Shown piece after piece: positions 40,301 through 52,300 of a stretch of DNA of 64,000 nucleotides. A program made the translations under genes and the position numbers. Below the pieces are notes generated by a model that saw only the letters and a list, made by a program, of their open reading frames with translations, was not told the origin of the DNA and made no database searches. This stretch comes from Rhizobiaceae bacterium (GTDB taxonomy: Bacteria; Pseudomonadota; Alphaproteobacteria; Rhizobiales; Rhizobiaceae), in NCBI GenBank assembly GCA_039977975.1, contig JBDWCD010000010.1, positions 20,939-84,938 on the forward strand. The letters are read 5' to 3'. Positions within the stretch are counted from its first letter, which is position 1; each line of letters opens with the position of its first letter.

Positions 40301-43300
40301 ATACTGCCGGGCTGACCGCAACACTGCCGCAGCTGGACGCAATGTTTACGCCACAAACTGCGACAGCGGTGGCCGGAGGCGCAAATACAGGAACCGTCAA
40401 TTGGACATTTGATTCATCCACTCTTCCCACGGCATTCAACTATCTCGCCGTCGGCGAAAGCCTGGTGCTCAACTATGAGGTTACGTTCAGCGATAATGGG
40501 GGCTCCGGCGCCTTAACCCATAATGTCGCGGTTACGATAAACGGCACCAATGACGGACCTACGATCACCGCAACCAATGGTGAGTTGCAGACGCGTGCCG
40601 AAGGTTCCACGGCGACTACAACGGGTTCATTCTCCGTTGAGGACCTTGACCACACCGATGTCGTCACGGTCTCCCAGGTCAAACTGATCACCGATTTGAA
40701 TGATGCCGACGAAGCGACGCCGGACCATGCCGCTTTGCTGGCGATGCTCAATGTGAATGCCGGCGATCCAGTTATCGCCAATGGTGCCACTACCGGTACG
40801 GTCAACTGGATTTTCGATCCCGATGGGTTTCCCGCACCGGGCACTCCAGACCCAGAGCTTTTCAGCTATCTGGCCGATGGTGAGGAACTCGAACTCACCT
40901 ATGAAGTTACAGTAACTGACAGCAATGGCGGCAGCGACACTCAACAGATCGTCATCACTGTTGTAGGTGGGAATAACGCCCCGCAGGCCGCATCTGATTC
41001 CGACGCCTTCGATGAAGGCGATACTTTGGCCACCAGCGGTTCCATTATTGTCACTGATTTGGATACCAGTGATGTTGTCAGTTTTGATCCCTCAGGCGTA
41101 ACGGTTGCTGTTGACGGGACCTATGCCGGTGTTGATCCGCTGACAATGTTCACACCGACATCCGGTGATGTTATTGGCGACAAATCTACCAGTGGCACCA
41201 TTGAATGGTCGTTTAATGCGGGCGGACAGTCGTTTGAGTATCTTGCCTCCGGCCAGGAGGTCGAATTCACCTATACGTTGCCATTGACCGACGGCAATTC
41301 GGGTGCGGCCGCACCTACTGTTGTGATCACCATCACAGGTACAGATGATGATCCATTTGTTTCCGCTGAAACGGGCTCGGCCCAGTCTCAGTTCGGTGAG
41401 CCGACAACACCGGCACTCGCCGGTTCCTTCACCATCAGCGATGTGGACACAACTGATTCTGTCAATATAGGTGAGATCACCGATGGCGCCGCTGCCGGAA
41501 CGGTGACGGTTACCACGTCCGGTCCGCTAAATTCGGGCGGGGAACCGACAGTCGATAAACTGGCCGACTTGCTCAGCTTCGGCGCAACACCGGTTGGCAC
41601 CGACAATCCCAACACCGTAAACTGGACCTTCGAGGTGCCAGCCGTCGACAATCCCTTTGAATATCTGGGCCTCGGCGAGAGCCTTGAGCTGACCTATAGT
41701 GTACCGTACAGCGACAGTGGGGTTCCGACTGGTACGTCGGATGTTCATGAAATTGTCATTACGGTCCACGGCACCAACAGCGGACCGGTCATCGTAGAAG
41801 CCGATTCCGGGCCGAATGTTATCAGCGCCACGATTGACGAAGACGCCGCGCTCACGGCAGTTGGAAAGTTCGGTGTCGAAGACGCAAATATCACTGATGT
41901 CCTGACAATATCCGAAGTTCGACTGATCACTTCGGGTGCCGACGGCCACGAGGCGACACCAGATCATGCCGACCTGCTGGCCATGTTCTCGACAGTCAAC
42001 AACACGCCAACGACAAACGAGATCAACTGGAACTTCAACGCCGTTGACCCCGATGCGTTTGATTATCTCAGCGGTATTACTGAGGACCTGATCCTTACCT
42101 ATACCGTTGTATTGGAAGACGGCAAAGGTGGCCGGATCACCGAAGATGTCGTTATCACTATCAACGGGGTCAACAATGTAACAACCGTCGACAACAGGAC
42201 AAACTCTGGTCTCGCACTGAACGAGACCGAAGGTGGTCTCATGACGATGGGCAGCTTTGATGTCCACGACGTCGACACCAGCGACATAATCGCGATCACC
42301 GGTGTGTCTGTCGATACTGCCGGAACTTCAGCTGGGGTGGTTTATCCACCTGGGACGAACATCACCACATTGCTGGAGGGGATGTTCTCGCAACAATCCA
42401 GCGCTGTGATCAGCAACACCGCCAATGATGGCACGGTGAACTGGGCGTTCAATGCCGGCCACGACGCCTTTGACTTCCTTGCCGCCGGTCAGGACCTGGT
42501 TGCCACCTATACCGTCACTCTAACAGGCGGTGTGACAGAGACCGTCGTGATCACGATCAGCGGCACCAACGATCTGCCCTTCGTCTCCGCGACAGGCGTT
42601 GTCGACGCTACGCTGTCGGAAACGTCGTTGCTGTCGAGTTCGGGCACGTTTGACGTCACTGATGTCGACCTCCCGGACGTGGTTTCTGTTGATACTATAA
42701 CCGTTACAACGTCAGGCGATGTCGGTGGCACGGCTCCCAATGGAGTACCGGATGGTACAGCACTATTGGCAATGTTTTCAACGACATCGTCCACTGCAGT
42801 CGCCGCTGGAACAGATACCGGTACGGTAGCCTGGGACTTTGACGGCACAACCACAGCAAATGCCTTTGAATATCTTGCCGCCGGTGAGAGTGTTGTCCTG
42901 ACTTATCACGTGCCGTTCAGCGATGCTGATGGTGGTGGATCGCAAGATATCGTGATTACCGTCACTGGTACCAATGATCTGCCATTTGTATCCGCAACCG
43001 GGACTGTCACAGACACGCTGTCTGAATCCTCGCCTCTGTTAAGCACCGGGACATTCGATGTCACCGACGTCGATACGTCAGATGAGGTATCGGTTGACGC
43101 AATAACGGTGGTGCCGTCAGGAGACCTTGGCGGCGTTCCATCAAATGCGGCGCTTTTGGCAATGTTCTCGACGGTTTCTGCCATAGCGGTCACCGATACT
43201 CAGGACGTTGGAACGGTCACCTGGAACTTTGACGGCACCACGACGCCGGGAGCCTTTGACTATCTGGCGGCTGGCGAGAGCCTGCTTCTGACCTACACTG

Positions 43301-46300
43301 TGGCGCTGGACGACGGCAATGGCGGCACCACCAGCCAAAACGTCACGATTACTGTGGATGGCGTCAACGAGGGGCCAGCTCTAGCGACGACCGGAAATGT
43401 TGTCTCAGCAGGGCTCACCGAAGGTGGCATGCTGATGGCGAACGGAGTGTTTGGCGTCACCGATTCCGACACAAGCAACACGGTCCAGACACTGAACAGT
43501 GGCGCGGATCTTGTAACCGTCAGTGCTGTCGGCGACATAGGCACGCTGACCAATGCTGACCTGCTCAACATGTTCACGCCGGAAATCGGCACGATTGTTG
43601 ACGGCACTTCAAACAGTGGTACGGCAAGCTGGTCGTTTAACGCTGGCGACGAAACCTTTGGCTATCTGTCTGATGGCGAAACCCTCGTTGTGACCTATTC
43701 CATTCCGGTGGAGGATTCGACCGGTGCGTCCTTTATGCAATCCGTTGATATCACCATCACAGGCGTCAATAATGCGCCATCGGTGATTGCCAATCCTCTG
43801 TTTGCCTCGGCATTTGACGGATTGGCGGCTCAGGATACGGGCGGTGCAGGCAATCCCTATGTCACACAGTTGCTGACCAATGACGGGGCCAACAATTTTG
43901 TAGTCACCCAGCCAGGCACCCCTGCGGTCCGGGCTTCAGATATCGCCCTGGGTGACTTCGACAATGACGGCGATCTTGACGCCTTTACAGGGGTCTATTT
44001 CGGCGACGGCCAGTTGATGATTAACCAAGGCGGCGCACAGGGCGGCGTTGAGGGCGTATTCAACACATCTACCTTTGTGCAGGGCTCACTGAACAGCCTG
44101 GGTGGATTCGATCCGACCTACACATTGGACGTTGAGATCGGCGACGTAACCGGCGACGGCTTTGTCGACATCCTGATTGCCAATTGGAACGGTCAGGCCA
44201 ACCAGTTGCTGACCAATGATGGTGCCGGTGGATTTGCGGTGAGCGTCCTGCCTGGTGGAAGTCTTAGCACGCGCGATATCCGGCTTGGTGATATTGATGC
44301 CGATGGTGATCTTGACGCCATCCTGACAACCGATAACGGCACCAATCAATTGCTGACGAACCTGGGCGGAACCCAAGGTGGGACGGAAGGCACTTTTGCT
44401 GCTTCGTTCTTGCCGTCCGCCGTTAATCAGTTAGCAAGTCTCAGTGTTGGCATCGATATCGGAGATGTGAACGGTGACGGACATCTCGATGTTCTCATCG
44501 CCAGCACCCTGGATCAGAACGAATTGTTGCTGGGCAACGGCGCCGGAGGATTTACTACGGGCGTTCTGGCAGGTGGCAACCGCGACAGCACGTCGATTCG
44601 ACTGGGCGATCTGGATGGCGACGGGGATCTGGATGCCTTTGTCACCAATATTGATGGCCAGGCCAATCAGGTTCTGATCAACCAGGGCGGCACACAGGGT
44701 GGCACACTGGGGACATTCGTCGCCAGCGACGTGGCCGGAGGTAACCAAAACAGTTCAGCAGTCACCCTGGTTGATGTCGATCAGGATGGTGATCTGGACG
44801 CGATTGTCAGCAATAACGACTATTCGCCTATCGTTGATCAGACCAACAAATTACTGATCAATGACGGAACCGGCGTGTTCACGGCAATCACCCTGCCTGA
44901 CGGGAATATGCCAACCAACAACATTGCCATTGGCGACCTGGATGGTGATGGAACGGTGGCTGCGGTCAACGCGGACGGCCTGCCGAACCTCTACAGCGGT
45001 CTCAATGTCGGCATCCTGGTGCCTGAACTGGCCGCAACACTCACTGAAACCGGTGCAGGACTAAGCACCAGCGGTTCGTTCCTCGTTTCAGATGGCGATG
45101 CCGGAGAGACGATTTCTCTGACCGCAGGGTTGGCGGTTTCTGAGTCCGGTACCACTGCCGGATTGGGATTGAATAATGCTCAATTGCTGGCCTTGTTCTC
45201 GCCAGCAATTGCCGCAAATCAGGTTGACTGGACATTCGATTCGTCCGCCCAAGGGAACGCATTCGACTATCTCAACAGCGGCGAAAGTCTGGTTCTGACC
45301 TATACAGTGCCGTTCCAGGACAACAGTGGTTCAGCCACTGCTGCCGGCGCTCAGGATGTGGTTATCACCATCAATGGCATTAACGATGTTATTGCCTATG
45401 CTGCACCAGATGCGTCCCCCACAACTGGCCAGTTCGTTATTGAAGCAGGTGATGATGACGCTGGCACACCAACACTTGGCACGCCTGCTGCGGCCGGCGG
45501 GACGTTTGCAACCGCCAACCCGGCGGACCCAGCGACAGTCGTCTGGACTCAGACCAGCGCTACTGACACCTATGGTTCATTTACTCTCGATGCAGCTGGT
45601 AATTGGGGTTACAGCATCGACAACGCGTTGGGTGTTACTGAAGCTCTTTCAGAGAACCAGGTTGAAACTGAAACGCTGGAAGGCTCAGTCACTTATAATG
45701 AAGTAAAGACCACGAGCTTCTCAATTGCGGTCACCGAAACGAACCTCGGTGACATTCTGATAGAACCAGTCGACGAATTCCCTGCAGTCGACCTTGCCTT
45801 TGATGGTGTATTCACCCACCTCACCGAGTCGGAATCGGCAGGCACAATTACTGTTATTGGAACCAATGGCACGCTGGAACTGACGGTCGCTACCGGTGCC
45901 TGGACCTTCACTCCCTTCGGTGGAGCCCCAGCCAGCTACAGCGAAAATTTCGATTTTGACTATGCCTACACATCAACGACCACCCACACTGAACCCGTAA
46001 GCCAGACTGTAGATGTTCACGGCACTAATGATGGGCCGGAAATTGTTCTGGGTCCAACGGACACCGTCATCAGCGGTTCAGTGACCGAGGATGCCGGTAC
46101 GCCAACGACGGTTTCCGGTGGACTTTCAGCTACAGATGATGATTCAGACGCCAGCCTGGTCTGGACGGTTGATAACGGTTTTGGAGCCTTTGGCAATCTG
46201 GTTGTTAATGACACCAATGATGGGTGGACATACACGCTCGACGACAGCAACCCTATCGTCAACGGATTAGCTGCTGGTGATCCAGCGCTGACCGACACAT

Positions 46301-49300
46301 TCAATCTGAGGGTGACCGACAATCACGGCGCCACGCAGACGCAGGTCGTGACCATCACGATAAATGGCGCTGACGATCAACCGGTCTTCAACGTTGCCGC
46401 CTCTGATCTCAGTGGGACAGTTGTTGAGCAGGACGAGAATATCGTAGCAACACCTGTTTTCGGCGGCATTGCAGGCCTTACTGTTGATCCAACCTCAGAC
46501 TTTTCGCTGGCCAATGCCCAGATCGAAACAGGAACTTCATCGGATGCAACAGACAATGTTGTAAATGGTCCTGTTGGCTCCCTGTTAGCCTACACAGCAA
46601 CTGGGTTGACGAGCGGAGAGGGAAGCGCCCCCGGGCATCCCGGCTTTGGTGGCACAGATTATGATCTTTTCAACCTGAACGACGGTGACGCGAACTCAGC
46701 AGGCGGTGATGGATTCCATGCGATTCCAAATGCCGGCGCCAATTCCCTCGTGCTCGATCTGGGATCAGAACAGACCATATATTCGATTGCTATCTATAAC
46801 GGTTACACCAATAGAGACGACGGCACCTATACGTTGAAAGATGGTGACGGCAACATCTTGGGTAATTGGACCATATCCGGCACCCCCCTTCCTGGCGCCC
46901 CTAACAACCCAGTGCATTCCTTCTGGCTTACCTTCGACCAGCCGGTGACCACCGACACATTGGTTTTTGACACCACAACCACCGACTTTGACGGCGGTCA
47001 GCACACCAACAGCTACCGCGAAATCGAAATTTACGGCGTGCCGCCACTGACGGAGAGCGGCGAGATTGCCTTCAACGATGTCGATACTGACGTAGCGCTG
47101 CTTACTGTGGGTACGATAACCGCGTCTGTCGGTGCGTTGGGTGTTTTGGAAGCCACTATCGACGCGCCAGACAGTGAAATCGATTGGAGCTATTCTGTTC
47201 AGCTTGAGGACATTCAGTATCTGGCGCACGGCGAAACCAAAGTCGAAACGTTCGAGATTCCACTTTTCGATGGGACAAATACAGTAACCGAGACGGTGAC
47301 CATTACCCTGAAGGGCACCAACGATGATCCATTTGTCTCATCAACTGGCGTGATCAGTGGAATTCTGGGTGAAGATAGTTCGCTGGCGGCCGCAGGTTCT
47401 TTCCAGGTCACCGATGTTGATCTGCTCGATACAGTTTCCACCGGTGCAGTGACCGTTGCTGCCACCGGTGTGACCGACGGCATGCCTGCGGCAACACAGA
47501 CTGCTCTTGCAAGCATGATGATGCCGGTGACCGGCACCTCCGTGATCGATGGTTCGACGACAGTTGGCACGGTCAACTGGAGTTTCGATGGCTCCGGCAG
47601 TTCCTTTGACTACCTTGCCAATGGCGAGAGCCTTATCCTCACCTATACGATTCCGTTTACCGACGGCATGGGTGGGGACGGTTCACAGGAAGTGGTTATT
47701 ACCATCACCGGCGCTGACGACGCGACAAGCGTGACCAATACGGCAACACCATTGAACCTCGACGAGACCGAAGGTGCTCTGGGCCCGTTTGCCGGCTCCT
47801 TTACCGTCGATGATGACGATGTCAGCGGCCTGGTGATTATCTCTGACGTCAACGTGACAACCACGGGGTCGACTGCCACTGCGCTGCCCGCCGATATCTT
47901 GACCATTCTGGATGGCATGTTCACCGCGACGCCGGAAACGGTGATTGACGGCACTTCGGTCATGGGAACTGTCAACTGGACGTTCGATGCAGGTACCGAT
48001 GCGTTTGACTTCCTCGGTGTAGGCGAGGTTTTGACAGCAAACTTTACTGTTCAAATGATCGGTGCCACCGACCAGACAATCGTCGTCAACATTACCGGAA
48101 CCAACGAAGCGCCATTGGTCAGTATGGCAGACAATGCAGGCGATCTGTTGACCGATGAAGGCCGCAACCTGGTGGAAACCGACAGCGCGCTGACAACAAG
48201 TGGTTCCTTCGAAATTACCGATCTCGATGTCACCGACACCGTGGATGTGGGAGCTGTAGTTGTCGCAACGACATCCGGCACAACAACTGGTCTTCCGATA
48301 AATACCGATCTGGCAAACATGCTGGTTCCAACACCGACGACAGATGTTGTCGATGGATCATCCACCACCGGAACAGTCGACTGGACCTTCACCTCCGGTG
48401 CCGCAGATTTCGATTATCTGGCGGCAGGTCAGACGGTCACCATTGTCTATACAATACCGTTTACTGACGGCAATGCTGCAGGCAGCGAAACGGTCACCAT
48501 CACGGTCAAGGGCACCAATGATGTCCCAACGATCACTGGCGTCACCGGTGATGAGCAGACCATGGTCGAGAGTGCCACGGCGGTATTGGAGGGAACCATA
48601 GGGGTCTCCGATGTCGACATCACCGACGCTGTTTCAATTTCTGATGTGCAACTTGTAACGACTGGCAATGACGGCGATCCCGCTACGCCGACGCCGGCGA
48701 TACTTCTGGGAATGTTCACACCCAAGACCGGGATAGAAGTCGCGTCGGGTAGCACGACCGGAACCATCGATTGGGACTTTGACCCAGGCAGCAATAATTT
48801 TGATTATCTTGCCCCTGGCGAAGACCTGGTGCTCACCTACACGATCGTCCTGGACGACGGTAATGGCGGCACAGTCAGCGAAGAGGTCGAGATCACCATC
48901 CAGGGCGGCAATAACGGCCCGACTGTCTCGGTGCAGACCGATGTTGCAGAAACATTCACCGAAGCTCCCGACCTGCAGACCACCGGTTCCTTTGTCCTGT
49001 CCGATCTGGATACGTCTGATGTGGTCATGGTCACGGGCGTCACCGTAGCAGCAGTCGAATCCAATCCGGTCGCCCTCAATCCGGCCACACCACTGCTGGC
49101 AGATCTGGATGATATGTTCGTGCCGCAATCGGCAACCATTGTTGATGGGGTCTCCAATACTGGCACCGTCTTCTGGTCTTTCAATGCCAATGGTGAGTCC
49201 TTCGCTTATCTCGCCGACGGAGAAAGCCTGGTTGTGACCTATAGTGTTGCGTACCAGGACGACAATCTCGCAACTGGGTCGCAGGACGTGACCATCACCA

Positions 49301-52300
49301 TCAACGGCACCAACAGCCTACCGGTGGTAACCAGCGACACCAATCCGACACCGGTTCTGACTGAAACCGACGCCGGTTTGATGACAAGTGGCGTCATCAG
49401 TTTTGCCGATGTGGACACTACCGATATTGTCACCGTTTCGACGCCGGTGAGCTTTGCCAGGGGTGGAGACGTGGCCGGAATTCCGGTAAGCGACGCTCAA
49501 CTGACTGCGATGTTCTCGCTTGCGTCCACTTCAGCAATTACCGATACGCAGACCACCGGCACAGTCGGATGGACGTTTAATTCTTCAACGCATCCCGCTG
49601 CCTTCGATTATCTGGCAGTCGGCGAAAGCCTGGAACTGACCTATACCGTGACTTTCGCCGATGACAGCGGTTCCGGCGATCAAACTCACGATGTTTTCAT
49701 CACCATTAACGGCACAAATGATGGTCCCGAATTCACCGCAGTTATTGGAGATGACACGCCGGACTTCACCGAGGGCCCGGTTCCGGCCTCCGCCAGCGGT
49801 TCGTTTGTGTTTACCGACGCTGATGCATCGGATGTGGTGACGATCACCGAAGTGCGGGTGATGACAGGCCTGGTCGACAATGATGGCGCCACACCGAACG
49901 CGACAGCACTGCTCGGCATGTTGAATGCGGTTACTGCCGTGGATAATTCGGGAGCTGAACCGGTCCACACGGTCGACTGGACGTTCACGCCAGGCACCAC
50001 TTTCGAATATCTGGCCGACGGCGAGATGCTGACGATCAACTACGAGATCATTATCGACGATGACAATGGCGGTACCGCCAGCGAGAACGTTGCCGTGACG
50101 ATCATCGGAACCAATAGTGCGCCGATTGTCAGCGCCCTGACCGATGTTGATGAAACACTTTCGGAAACGTCTCCGTTGAACACCACCGGTTCCTTCGAAC
50201 TGACCGATGTGGATACGACAGACGAAGTCAGCATCGATAGTGTGGACGTTGTCACGTCAGGTGATGATGGTGATCTGGCAACGCCATTGCCAGCAGCCCT
50301 TGGCCCGATGTTTGTTACCCAACTTGGTACGGTCATCGATGGTGCGTCGAACACTGGGGTCGTCAACTGGTCGTTCAACGCCAATGGGGAAACGTTTGAC
50401 TATCTGGCTGTCGGCGAAACGTTGACCATCGATTACACGGTGAACTTCTCCGATAACCATTCGACACCAGCGACCGGATCACAACTTGTCCGCATCATGA
50501 TCACCGGAACAAACGATCTGCCGGTGATTACCGCCACTACCAACGCGACACCAACGCTGATCGAAACCAATGCAACGCTGGTGACTGACGGATCGATCGA
50601 CTTTGCAGACGCCGACACCAGCGATGAAGTGACGATTACCAATGTTGCGGTGGTTGAGTCGGGTGCGATTGCCGATCTTCCACCGGGTCTCGATCTCGGC
50701 GCAATGTTCAGCCTGGTTTCGACAGATGCGGTTGCTGTCGGTGCCAATACAGGCACTGTTGAATGGGATTTCAGTTCCGGCGCAGAAGTGTTCAACTATC
50801 TGGCCGTTGGTGAAAGTCTGGTTCTCACCTACACGCTCACCTTCAGCGATGGCACCGTTGCGGGAACATTCACCGAAGATGTGGTTATCACCATCAATGG
50901 CACCAATGATGGCCCGACCATCTCCAACGTCAGCGGTGACACTTTTGCCATGTCTGAGGGGACTTTGGCCCCGGTCATCGGAGACTTCGACGTCACCGAC
51001 CTGGATGTGTCAGATGTCGTTTCCGTCCGCGAAGTGCTGCTGGAAACATCCGAGCTGGACGGAGCGCAGGCAACGCCAGACACAATCGATCTGATTGCGA
51101 TGTTCACGCTGGTGCCCGGCAATGCGATCGAGGACACCACCACGACAGGTGATGTTAACTGGACCTTCAACCCTGGCAGCGAGACATTTGAATATCTTTC
51201 CGTCGGTGAAAGCCTGGTTCTGACCTATACGATTGTCCTGGAAGACCATAATGGCGCAACGGTCAGCCAGAATATCGAAATCACCATCAATGGCAGCAAC
51301 AATGCGCCAACGATCACTGCGACGACCTTTGTCAGCGACACGATGGACGAGACCGACGGCGTGCTGGCAACCTCTGGCTCATTCGATATCCAGGACGTCG
51401 ACACAACCGACGAAGTGACCGTTTCCGACGTCGAAGTCCTGACCGATGACATCACCGGATTGGTGCCATCCGATATTGACTTGCTGGCGATGTTCTCACC
51501 GGATTCAGGGCAGTTGGAAATCGATGGCGATAATATCGATGGAACCGTTTTCTGGGCCTTCAATGCCGGTACTGAGGCTTTTGACTATCTGGGCGATGGT
51601 GACAGTCTTGAACTTACCTATCGGTTGACCATTGAGGACGACAACGGCGAATTCACCAAGCAGGATGTGGTCCTGACCATTAACGGCACCAATGACAGTG
51701 CAGTCATTGGCGGTGATCTCACAGGAGCCGCCGCCGAAGACAGCGGCATAATTCTGACTGGCAGAGTTACAGCCACCGATCTTGATAATCCCGACAATAT
51801 GTTTGTAGCCGACTCTGGGGACGCCACCTTTGGCAGCTATACCATCGATGTGGACGGCAACTGGACTTATACGCTGGATGACGGCAATCCACTGGTTGAC
51901 GGGCTGACCTTGGTCAGTGATGCGATCACCGATAGCTTCACCGTAACTTCAGAAGATGGCACAACAGAAACTGTTGAAATCAGCATCACCGACGATCCAC
52001 TGGTGGGTACACCGGCTGGTGAAACCATCATAGGTGGTCTGAATGACGATATCATTCTGGGGGGTGCCGGTGGTGACACGCTGTTCGGCGCAGCCGGCAA
52101 AGATTTGCTCAATGGTGGTGAAGGCAATGACTTTTTGCAAGGCGGTGGCGGTGCCGATATCTTCCAGTTTACCGATCTGAACCTTTCACTCGACGAGGTG
52201 GTGGACTTTGAATATGAGGTCGACAGCTTGGATTTGGACGCCTTGTTGGATGCGGGCATGACCGCGACTGTGAGTGAAACTGAGTCCGGTGGCCAGGTCA

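Larger units (their letters stand above)
38820..51990 (+). repeat. About 28 degenerate ~130-aa VCBS-type Ig-like repeats
   Basis: Counted by eye from recurring FDYL..GE.L.LTY and (I/V)TI(N/T)GTND.P junction motifs spaced about 400 nt apart. Copies are diverged at the DNA level. Confidence 0.88.

Noticed and set aside
38820-51990. CRISPR array or DNA tandem repeat
   Set aside because: The periodicity is protein-level repetition in one ORF; there are no identical 25-45-nt repeats with unique spacers and no cas genes.
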